DNA of 64,000 nucleotides, from NCBI GenBank assembly GCA_963845065.1, contig CAWJQQ010000001.1, positions 224,001-288,000 of the forward strand. Direction: 5' to 3'. This DNA is from Nitrospirota bacterium. GTDB taxonomy: Bacteria > Nitrospirota > UBA9217. The notes beneath the pieces are model-generated. The model ran no database searches, was not told the DNA's origin, and saw nothing but the letters and a program-made list of their open reading frames with translations. Below are positions 9,417 to 17,900 of the stretch, in pieces. The position numbers were made by a program, and so were the translations under genes. Positions within the stretch are counted from its first letter, which is position 1; each line of letters begins with the position of its first letter.

Positions 9417-9472
9417 TGTGATAGAAATAGTATCTTTCCGTGATAATGCCGTGACCTTCGTAATTGTATAAT
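9417..9472 (+). promoter_or_regulatory. Second 11-bp-period GTGA(C/T) repeat array followed by TATAAT
   Basis: TGTGAT 9417, CGTGAT 9439, CGTGAC 9450, TATAAT 9467-9472. Confidence 0.55.
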
Positions 9473-9789
9473 TAATACAACCTATAATTATGTAAATTGT
9501 CTGAAATAATGCAATGTTTTATAATCACGGATTAGTGAGAAATAAGAAAACTATCTATCAGTCTTGTTTGTTCTTATTGACTTATAATACAACGTTTCTT
9601 GATCTGTCAATTCATTGATTGCATGTATGTTTGCTGTATCTTTAAATGAAATACCAACCATAACGTTTTAGTACTCGACCAAGTTCTTTTTATGTCTATG
9701 CACACGTGTCGTCATTAATGTGCGCAAAAAGAGGAATGCTGAATGATGGATAAAGCATGAGGTCGGATCCGGCGTCTCACCGTTGACTA

Positions 9790-10112
9790 ATTCGGTGACC
9801 AACGGGCAGGTCGCAGCCTGCTGGATAGCCGGAAATGAGCGCGGAAACGTTTATACTGCCAACCCTGGTACTCACAGCATTTCAGCATATAAGGACAGAC
9901 ATGGAGACCCTGTTCTGCTTAATGGCAATGCAGCACTGGAAACACTTCCATCGATTTATCCATACCCGTCAATGGACGATTTCTTTATGCGCTGGACCCA
10001 ACTGGCGGGACAATAGACATGTTCAAAAATAGAGTATGATGGCAGCTTGACAAATTTGGGTACGGTTGCTTGGGTGTTCCCTACTTATGCTCAGGGCATT
10101 GCGGCACGCTAA
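9790..10112 (+). pseudogene. 3' fragment of a second lactonase-like propeller gene
   Basis: NGQVAACWIA...YKDRHG...QGIAAR* homologous to ~790-1115; 5' two-thirds missing, frameshift near 9935. Confidence 0.85.
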
Positions 10113-10361
10113 AAGCATTTGGTTGAACAAACAAAAAAGGCTTTAATAGTCAAACAGTATAAACGCACCTTTGAGCATCCCGCGATCGGACACTTTTTCG
10201 CTCTTACCCATGGTTTGATGGAAGCGTATCGGATGATGATACATCTCCCGCTTTCACCGCAATTGGAGTGTTTTTTTGGAGGTACTTGACGATCTTTTCG
10301 GATTTTTTCAATAGACGTCGACAAGTTAGTTAAGAGAGCTTTAAAGGCTAGGGTGATGACA

Positions 10362-10658
10362 ATGAAGAATAAAATCGTGAACTATTTAACTTTTACTGTT
10401 CTTTTTCTGTTTATTTTTTCAGTCTACAATGTTTCATTTACGCAAGCACGTGCGGAGTCCAAAGTGACTTTTTATGTTTCATGATATGACGTTGGCCAAG
10501 CAGCCCTGGAAGGGCTGAACGGAGTAAAGAGAGTTGAAAAAGGCTTTCGAAATTCTAAAGAGTCAAACACTGTTTATTATGACCCCAGCATGATTACCAT
10601 TAAGGAAATGGAACAGGCCCTGAAGAAGGCCGGAACTTACATTGACACGGCAAGATAA
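10362..10658 (+). CDS. Secreted ~98-aa putative selenoprotein, mini-MsrA/HMA-like fold (Sec at TGA 10482-10484)
   Basis: MKNKIVNYLTFTVLFLFIFSVYNVSFTQARAESKVTFYVS-U-YDVGQAALEGLNGVKRVEKGFRNSKESNTVYYDPSMITIKEMEQALKKAGTYIDTAR; TGA at same aligned position as in 2154. Confidence 0.85.
10490..10521 (+). promoter_or_regulatory. Bacterial SECIS-like hairpin
   Basis: CAGCCCT-GGA-AGGGCTG perfect 7-bp stem (10501-10517), loop 23 nt after TGA, lower stem CGTT/AACG. Confidence 0.75.
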
Positions 10659-10939
10659 TCAGAAAAATGCCAACGTAAGCAGTCAATAATGTTGATAGAG
10701 TAGATGTTAACAATTTCAATAAGGTATTAAGTGCTTAAAGGTCGGATGCTGAATGATGGAGGGGGCAAGAGATTGGATCTTGCTTCTCACCTGAAGAAGG
10801 AGGTGCTATACGATCAAGTAATATTTAACAAGTTACGGCTTGGAAAATTGTGAGCGGGTCTTAAGTTTGTTCCAGCTATATTTCTGGGTATCTTAAAACA
10901 AGTTTTAAAATACAGTAACCAATCCTAGGAGGATTTACC

Positions 10940-11422
10940 ATGAAAAAGTCATTTGCATTAGTTACAGTAGCTATCTCCACCATAGTCCTGATGCTCTCTA
11001 TTGGGGTCAATTTAGCTCAAGCGCAAGGAAATGCCATTACGTATTTTCCAAAAGAGGATCAAGACGTGATGACTCAGTCATGCAATATGGTCATGGAAAA
11101 GGGGCATATGGTGAGTGACGCGGGCAAAATGATGAAGGAAGGCATGATGGATAAAGACACGATGATGAAACAGGGTGATACGATGATGAAACAGGGTGAC
11201 ACGATGATGAAAGAGGGCGACATGATGGCGAAACAGGGCGACATGATGGCGAAGACCGGAAAGATGATGATGGAAAATGGGAAGGCGATGATGGAAGGTA
11301 AAATGGATAAAGATATGATGATGAAACATGGCACTATGATGATGAAAGCAGGCAATAGGATGGTAGAGACAGGCAAGAATGGCATAACGATTTTTAACGC
11401 AAGCCCGTCAGCACCTAATTAG
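10940..11422 (+). CDS. Methionine-rich secreted protein, copy 2 (intact)
   Basis: AGGAGG RBS, signal peptide ending AQA, heptad repeats such as TMMKQGD; 33 Met in 160 aa. Confidence 0.85.
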   Translation: MKKSFALVTVAISTIVLMLSIGVNLAQAQGNAITYFPKEDQDVMTQSCNMVMEKGHMVSDAGKMMKEGMMDKDTMMKQGDTMMKQGDTMMKEGDMMAKQGDMMAKTGKMMMENGKAMMEGKMDKDMMMKHGTMMMKAGNRMVETGKNGITIFNASPSAPN

Positions 11423-11895
11423 CAGCTTCACTAGTTCAGCCAACGAGTGAACGAAGGCATGATAAAATGAAACAAGTTAAACTGAACTTTTTGAACACAA
11501 TGAAAATTTGCGTACAAGCTATCTAAAGAGGACAGGAAGCAATAGAGATCAGTTCGAGAAGGTTATTAAGGCCCGCTCACAATGTAGTAGAAAATTAGAG
11601 AAGGTAGAGAAATTTTCTAACGGTTCAGAAACAAGGGCCATGCCCGGTCGGTATGCCATGAATTCGATGAAGAAATATCTTATGAAAAACTCAGTGAATA
11701 GAAGCGATTTTCAACACCCTTGACTAACGGTTTGGATGTTTTCACACATGCGATTTCAAAGATCTATAAAATAGTTGCTCTAGCGTGGTCATTTCCTATA
11801 TGCTAAGAGTAGGGTGACCACATAATTGTTCACTTTCTTTAATGATCGATAAGATGTTTTTCACGCCGGATCTAAGTCTCTTAATGAGGTATAGA

Positions 11896-12477
11896 ATGCG
11901 ACGAATTGTACTTGTGGCCCTGATCTTCCTTCTTGCCGTGACCGTCGCGGCCGAGGATAAGCGGTACGAGGTCCCTATCAATGATTCTCCGGAGACCGGT
12001 CCCGTCAATGCACCAGTAACCATCATCGAATTTCTTGATTTCCAATGACCGCACTGCGTGGCGGTCGGTCCGACCGTCCAAAAAATCATGAACGTCTATA
12101 AGGGGGAAATACGCCTTATCATCAAGAACTATCCCTACTTCTTACGTGACTATGCCAACCTGGCCGCAGAAGCATCGCTTGCGGCCAGGGACCAGGGCAA
12201 GTACTGGGAGATGCACGATCTCCTGATCAAGCGCTCGCCGAAACTCGATCGGGACAGTCTCATTAATTATGCCGGGGAAATCGGGCTCGATGTGAAGAAG
12301 TTTACCGAATCCCTTGATGCAGGGAAGCATGCGCAGGAAATCGAACGTGACAAGCAACTTGCCTATGATCTGGACCTCTTCAATACGCCGACTTTTTTCA
12401 TCAATGGCCGCAAGGTCATCGGTGAACGGCCTTTTACGTATTTCAAACAAATCATCGATGAAGAATTGAAGAGATAA
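11896..12477 (+). CDS. DsbA/thioredoxin-fold putative selenoprotein (UPHC active site, TGA 12046-12048)
   Basis: ORF-track pieces 11842-12048 and 12058-12477 are in one frame: GPVNAPVTIIEFLDFQ-U-PHC; signal peptide; cis-Pro motif NTPTFFING. Confidence 0.9.
12060..12078 (+). promoter_or_regulatory. Bacterial SECIS-like hairpin
   Basis: GGCGGTCG-GTC-CGACCGTC 8-bp stem, G-led loop 19 nt after the TGA. Confidence 0.7.
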
Positions 12478-12601
12478 ATTCAGATAGCCGATTTACAGCA
12501 CGTAGCCGCTTTAAACATATCGTTGTATTCCAGAGGAACGAACACGCTCCGTACTGACTCCTGTTGTAATCCGGATTCGGCATTGAAAGGTCGGACAAAA
12601 C

Positions 12602-13657
12602 ATGTCATTCCGCATATTCGCGTCACTGGGGCTAACGGTTCTATTATCAGGCGCCGCCCTCGCTGGAAACCTTGAGCCGTTCAAGACTGTTCCGGTCCCT
12701 GAACAAAATCCGCAGACACCGGAAAAGATAGAACTCGGGAAAAAACTGTTCTTTGACCGGCGGCTTTCCGGCGACGGGACCATGAGTTGCGCGACCTGTC
12801 ATGACCCGGAGAAGGCGTTTACCGACGGCCTTGCTCTTTCCCTCAGTTACCCTACCACGAGGAATTGGCGTAATGCTCCGACGCTCATCAACGTGGCGTT
12901 TCAGAAATACCTTTTTTTTGATGGCCGCGCCTTGACGCTCGAGGACCAGGCCCTGTTCCCCATGATGTCGGCATTCGAGATGAACCGCAATCTCGATTTC
13001 GTCGAAGAAGTAATCCGCGCCGTGCCCGAATATGCTGATGCGTTCCAGAAGGCATTCGGCGGCGAGCCATCACGGGAACGGATCGCCATGGCCATTGCTT
13101 CTTTTGAACGGACGATCATCTCTGCAAACACTCCGCTTGACCGTTACTTGAGGGGTGACAAAAAGGCCCTGTCCGACGGGTCCAGGAAGGGACTCGTGAT
13201 ATTCATGGGCAAGGGCGGGTGTGGGGAGTGCCACTACGGCGTCAATCTGACCGATGACAACTTCCATGCTTTGAACGTGCCTGAGAACCCCGACCAGCAG
13301 AGCGATTCCCGCATCGCGACTACCAGACGGTACGTGGCCAAGATTTTCCATTACGAAGAGTACCGGAGCCTAACTGAAGATCCGGGCAGATACCTGATCA
13401 CGAAGGACAAAAAAGACTGGAAAGCGTTCAAGACGCCGACGCTGCGCGAAATCGTGAAGACCGCGCCGTACATGCACAACGGGATTTTCAAAACGCTCGA
13501 TGAGGTGATCAATTTCTTTGACAGGGGCGGCGGCAAGGGGAATGCCGTGCTCAAACCGCTTGACCTGAGTACCATGGAGAAGGGATATCTAAAGACGTTT
13601 CTTACCGAAGCATTGACCGGCGAAGAGACTGTTTTCGTGTATCCAAAGATACCATAG
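12602..13657 (+). CDS. Di-haem cytochrome c peroxidase/MauG family protein
   Basis: Signal peptide, LGKKLFFD, CATCH, RNAPTL, CGECH, FKTPTLR, PYMHNG. Confidence 0.9.
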   Translation: MSFRIFASLGLTVLLSGAALAGNLEPFKTVPVPEQNPQTPEKIELGKKLFFDRRLSGDGTMSCATCHDPEKAFTDGLALSLSYPTTRNWRNAPTLINVAFQKYLFFDGRALTLEDQALFPMMSAFEMNRNLDFVEEVIRAVPEYADAFQKAFGGEPSRERIAMAIASFERTIISANTPLDRYLRGDKKALSDGSRKGLVIFMGKGGCGECHYGVNLTDDNFHALNVPENPDQQSDSRIATTRRYVAKIFHYEEYRSLTEDPGRYLITKDKKDWKAFKTPTLREIVKTAPYMHNGIFKTLDEVINFFDRGGGKGNAVLKPLDLSTMEKGYLKTFLTEALTGEETVFVYPKIP

Positions 13658-13927
13658 CACTCTGGGCCTCACCGGGAGGAGGGGGTGCAGGGGTGGCCTG
13701 TGGTGTCATAAAGTAAGAAATGGAACAATCAGTATATCACTTAAACCTCATACCCCGCACACGCGGGGTTTATTTATCTGCTCTCATAAATATTTATTAC
13801 GACATGAAACATTAACTGTAGTCAAGAATGGAAACTTGAATCTTTCAGACCTTATGATTAAAAGGTAAGTCCGGCTTAAGGTATATTTTCGTTAGGATGA
13901 ACAAAATACGCCGAAAGGAGACTTACC

Positions 13928-13990
13928 ATGATTAACATTAGCAAACTCGATTTCAGTGGTCAACATCTTTATGTCGGTTTGGATGTAAGG
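13928..13990 (+). pseudogene. IS110-family transposase N-terminal fragment
   Basis: AGGAG RBS then MINISKLDFSGQHLYVGLDV (first catalytic Asp motif), then truncated. Confidence 0.6.
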
Positions 13991-13996
13991 TTGGTT

Positions 13997-14197
13997 TTAA
14001 AGATTTGCCCGTTCAGCGAACAACTCCCGGGAAAGGGACCTTAAAGGAGGGTAGGACGCGAGAGCGCCGATTAGTTTGTCAAGCTTTTCCGTGAAGATGG
14101 TCGCCCGGGCCAGGCTATCACCCGCGATCCAGTCATAGATCGAGAGCAAGTCGTCCCCGGCAACCGGAAGGTAGCGGATCGTGTACTTATTTGACAT
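13997..14197 (-). pseudogene. RelE/ParE-family toxin, C-terminally truncated
   Basis: YTIRYLPVAGDDLLSIYDWIAGDS pattern; overlaps antitoxin; shorter than typical. Confidence 0.65.
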
Positions 14198-14456
14198 GGG
14201 CGCGCTGCCGTAGCTTTTGTATCATCTGTGAATGAGTGATTCCCTTTGCACCAGTTGCTGATTGGGACTGCGCCACGTCGAGCTTCTCAAAAAGATCGAT
14301 CTTCGCGTTCATTTTTTCGTAGTGCTCGATGCTCATGACGACCAGGTCGCCTTCACCGTTCGTGGTCAGATAAATCGGCTCGTCCTGATCATGGCAGATG
14401 GAGGCGATCTCCCTGGTTTTATTTCGAAGGCTAGATATGGGCTTGATTATGGGCAT
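14187..14456 (-). CDS. Phd/YefM-family antitoxin
   Basis: MPIIKPISSLRN...EPIYLTTNGEGDLVVMSIEHYE. Confidence 0.88.
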   Translation of the reverse strand: MPIIKPISSLRNKTREIASICHDQDEPIYLTTNGEGDLVVMSIEHYEKMNAKIDLFEKLDVAQSQSATGAKGITHSQMIQKLRQRAHVK

Positions 14457-14750
14457 TAGTTGTCTCCTTTTGTTACTTAGGTAATGCTATCACAAAATTA
14501 TGATAAAATAAAGAGCAAATTATGATATTAATGTATTCGTGTAATAAATCCCGAAGGCTGCAAATCCCGTCCAATCCTATCGACCCCTATAACTGTCCTG
14601 ATACCGTCTTGTTGAACTGAAAGCGCTTTTCCCGAGTCATAAGTCCTTGATTTGCTGGTTCGAAAAAGTAGGTTATTTTCACTACTTGAGGTGTTTGATT
14701 TGCCCGAAAGCCACTTGGACAGTATGCACATTAATTAATAGATCAATCTA

Positions 14751-15072
14751 TTAACTTAGAAGTTTATCATAATCCGAGTGATTGCCGGTCCAAAACCAGA
14801 GAACGCCGTCTTGGACATCGATTCCCACTGCCCTGTAATGGAGCCCGATACGGACGGATCGATACATTTTGACTTCTTTGAAATGAAGGGAAGGTTGATA
14901 GGGATTTTCTTTCAGGAGTTCGTAGTTAGTGCAAGCCAGCTCTTGTATGGCAGTGGGGAGAGATTCAAAGAGTGCCTAAAAATCCGGAGAACCAAAGCGC
15001 CTCAAAGTTCCTGACTCTTCTCTCGTTTATGTTCTGATAGCGCCTTTGCAGCCAACTTGTCGAGCTTGCCAG
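14751..15072 (-). pseudogene. ParE-like toxin (internal TAG) with antitoxin C-terminal remnant
   Basis: 14751-15005 reads LRRFGSPDF*ALFESLP..NYELLKENPYQPSLHFK..SVRIGLHYRA..WFWTGNHSDYDKL; upstream GKLDKLAAKALSEHK. Confidence 0.65.
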
Positions 15073-15074
15073 CC

Positions 15075-15246
15075 TGAAGTATTTATTGAAGTCGAAGTAA
15101 TCAATGCTGCTCTCCACGATGCAATTTCCGAAGTCGCATGGGAGGTGGGTTGCCAGAACTATACGGTCATCTCACCGCTCATCTTCACGAGGGACGAACT
15201 AGAAAATTCGCCGCTCAAGGTCTCGCAGATCGTACAGGTTATTTAA
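15075..15246 (+). pseudogene. Minimal nucleotidyltransferase (MNT) fragment
   Basis: Near-identical to minus-strand 36582-36765, which is followed by a HEPN-like start. Confidence 0.6.
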
Positions 15247-15382
15247 GAGTTCTAAGCCATTGTATTGCTGGGTTGGTCAGAAGGGATGTTGCACCCCTTT
15301 GGGGTTGCGCATCCGAAGTACAGTGATTTAGGTAATTCAGAGCCTCCCGGGTAAACACTCAAGATCTTTGTCGGGCTGTACT

Positions 15383-15721
15383 TCAACGTGATCGCGAGCC
15401 ACCAGAACGCGACTGCGATGGAATAGAAGGAATCGTGCGAGAAGGTGGCGCAGGTCTGTAAGTTCCCCCAGGTCTGTGTCTGTTGCCACCTCCCCCTGCT
15501 GGATGAGGGTGATGGTCACGATGGTCATCGCCACGATACGGCGCCACGTGGTAGCCAGATCCCCAGCCACCATAGATGACACCGGAGGGTTCATAGTAAC
15601 CCGCCCCAATGTCCCCAGCGCCGTAGTATCCGCCATCAGTTACGAAGCAGCCGGGCAACAGAACCATCAACATCCAGAACACGTAAGCGCGCGCTAACCT
15701 GCGTAAGTGTAAGATATTCAC
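15383..15721 (-). CDS. Small Gly/Pro/His-rich putative lipoprotein
   Basis: LLPGC lipobox, overlaps stop of upstream VOC gene. Confidence 0.55.
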   Translation of the reverse strand: MNILHLRRLARAYVFWMLMVLLPGCFVTDGGYYGAGDIGAGYYEPSGVIYGGWGSGYHVAPYRGDDHRDHHPHPAGGGGNRHRPGGTYRPAPPSRTIPSIPSQSRSGGSRSR

Positions 15722-16704
15722 TTGGGCACCTCTTTACTCTCAGTGCCCGTCCATTCAAGCAATCCGAAGGGTGCTCCCAAAGGGTCGGCGACCACCGCGA
15801 CCTTGCCGCCGTGGCGATCAATCCGCGGCTCGACCAGCACGCGGCCACCCAGCGCCACGACCTTTGCAGTCATCTTGACCGCATCTTCGACGCGTATATA
15901 ATTGAGCCAGTGGGGATGGGCATTGGGACTATTCGCAGGCAGCGTATTCACGCTCGCACGAGCATAGTTGTCGGACGCGAGCAAGAGATGTTGAGCTCCG
16001 CCCTCGCTAGCGGGCAACTCGAAGACTTCGTAGTCGAATAGCTTCTGGTAGAAAGCAGCATCGGTGTCCGGATCGCTCGTGATTAACGAGCTCCAAATCC
16101 ATTCTCCGGGTGCGGCCAGAACATCGGGCGGATCACCGCTACTGGAAGCGAGGACCGCAAAAACGGCTCCCTGCGGATCCGCGAAGACTGCTTCCCGGCC
16201 ACGGTCAGGGATGCTATGCGGCTCGAACAGCACCTTCGCGCCATTTTGCAAAGCAACCTTTTTTGCTGCGTCGACATCGCCCACGGCGAAGAAGCTCAGC
16301 CACGCTGGCTGTCGATGCTCGCTCGCCGGCAAATTCTTTTGAACCAGTCCTGCGACCGGACGGCCGTCAAGAAATGCCTCGGCGTACGCTGTCCCACCGG
16401 CCTGAATGTCACGAAATGTCCAGCCAAACAGTCCCGCATAAAACTGCTTGGCGGCGGCGAGGTCCGGCGTCACCAATTCAACAAATATAAGTTTGCCGAC
16501 GTGATGCTCTTGGCTGGCGGGCTCAACAATCGCTGGCAGCTGGATCGGTGCGGCCATGACCGGCACAGCACACGCAACACCGAGAAATACGGCGAGCAAC
16601 CCTTGCCTAAGAAAATGTCTGGCTCCCGCAGGCTGCATCCTTTGCGGAGTGATGTGATTTGGGGTTATGAGGTCAATCAGGTTTGAGCTGTGTTGCGGAT
16701 TCAT
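15718..16704 (-). CDS. Tandem VOC/glyoxalase-domain protein, probably exported
   Basis: ELVTPDLAAAKQFYAGLFGW and DPQGAVF / DPLGAPF repeated domains; hydrophobic leader. Confidence 0.85.
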   Translation of the reverse strand: MNPQHSSNLIDLITPNHITPQRMQPAGARHFLRQGLLAVFLGVACAVPVMAAPIQLPAIVEPASQEHHVGKLIFVELVTPDLAAAKQFYAGLFGWTFRDIQAGGTAYAEAFLDGRPVAGLVQKNLPASEHRQPAWLSFFAVGDVDAAKKVALQNGAKVLFEPHSIPDRGREAVFADPQGAVFAVLASSSGDPPDVLAAPGEWIWSSLITSDPDTDAAFYQKLFDYEVFELPASEGGAQHLLLASDNYARASVNTLPANSPNAHPHWLNYIRVEDAVKMTAKVVALGGRVLVEPRIDRHGGKVAVVADPLGAPFGLLEWTGTESKEVPK

Positions 16705-16921
16705 TGTGGTCTCCACGTTGTACTCATTACTAGAACATCGTAGTCCGAACAAATGATATACGCCGACACCCCGGCAAACATAGTGTCGCAAGCTTATCTA
16801 TGGTTTCCGCTAGTACTATAAGTTTATGAAAAAACTATAGCCATGTCAAGCGAAGGAATTTAATAAATCTCTAAAAATCGCAGGGAAATTCGTGTGATAC
16901 GTAATTGAGTGAATTTTATAA

Positions 16922-17689
16922 TCAGCGGTCGAGAATGAAATTGAACTCGGAGGTTGTCCACTCTTTTGTACTGGTGTTTAGTGACTTCTCGATAAACTTG
17001 ATTTCATCTGTATACTTGATAAATATTACCGTTGAAGATCTCGTTCCGTATAAGGCTGTTGCGATAAGCACTGGTGATAGAGCACGTTCTATTGCAAGTC
17101 CAACCCCCGTATCCGGAAGCAGCTCGTCGGGCGGTTTTGAAGTATCTGAAAGTATATCGAATATATCGGAAGCCGAGATATTTTCATCATTTAAAACTTT
17201 CATGAAGGATGCTTTACTTTTTTCTACTTTGGGCCACGGAGTATCGAGAATATGATTGCTTAATCCATAGATTCCCGGCGAGAGCAGCGCCAATTTCTGC
17301 GTTTGATTTGAAAAGTAGTATAAGTCGGACTGATAGGAGAGTAACAGGTTAAAGCCGTTATAAAGACGACCGTTTTTGATCAAGGCATCAACAAAGTTTT
17401 TGGGAGAATCTCCCCCGGTTAAAAAATCCAATACAAGCTTTCCTCTTGAAGGGGCATCCTTAATGAAATTAGCGGGATTCCGGTAGTTTGTTAGAGCGGC
17501 AAATTCCCCACGTTTGGTAATACCCAGCCATGTTCCGCCTTCTTTAAGATCCTTTCCCGCGAGAAGATCGGGGTGTTCCTTCCAAAATGAAGCAGGAGCA
17601 GTAGGCCGGTTATAAAACTCATCCCGGTTAGCCGCAATTATCATTTTGTAATTGGGATGAGCTTTGTATGAAAGTAGTAGTAAACACAT
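16922..17689 (-). CDS. NRDE/TANGO2-family protein
   Basis: N-terminal MCL, NRDEF, GGTWLG, YGTRSST. Confidence 0.92.
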   Translation of the reverse strand: MCLLLLSYKAHPNYKMIIAANRDEFYNRPTAPASFWKEHPDLLAGKDLKEGGTWLGITKRGEFAALTNYRNPANFIKDAPSRGKLVLDFLTGGDSPKNFVDALIKNGRLYNGFNLLLSYQSDLYYFSNQTQKLALLSPGIYGLSNHILDTPWPKVEKSKASFMKVLNDENISASDIFDILSDTSKPPDELLPDTGVGLAIERALSPVLIATALYGTRSSTVIFIKYTDEIKFIEKSLNTSTKEWTTSEFNFILDR

Positions 17690-17900
17690 GTCAATATTGA
17701 TTTAGTTTTGGTCTATTGGTTTTTTGACTTTCAGAATAATTCGATTGATAATTCCGTCTTAGTCACCCAGTATCAAAGCGCATCCAAGCAATCTCCTAGA
17801 CTAAAAATACCATTTGGTATTCTTTGAATCAGTATATTTCATTTTTTAGATTACTTATACTATAATGATATTATTTTGCCTTTTTCCCTTACCAAACTAT

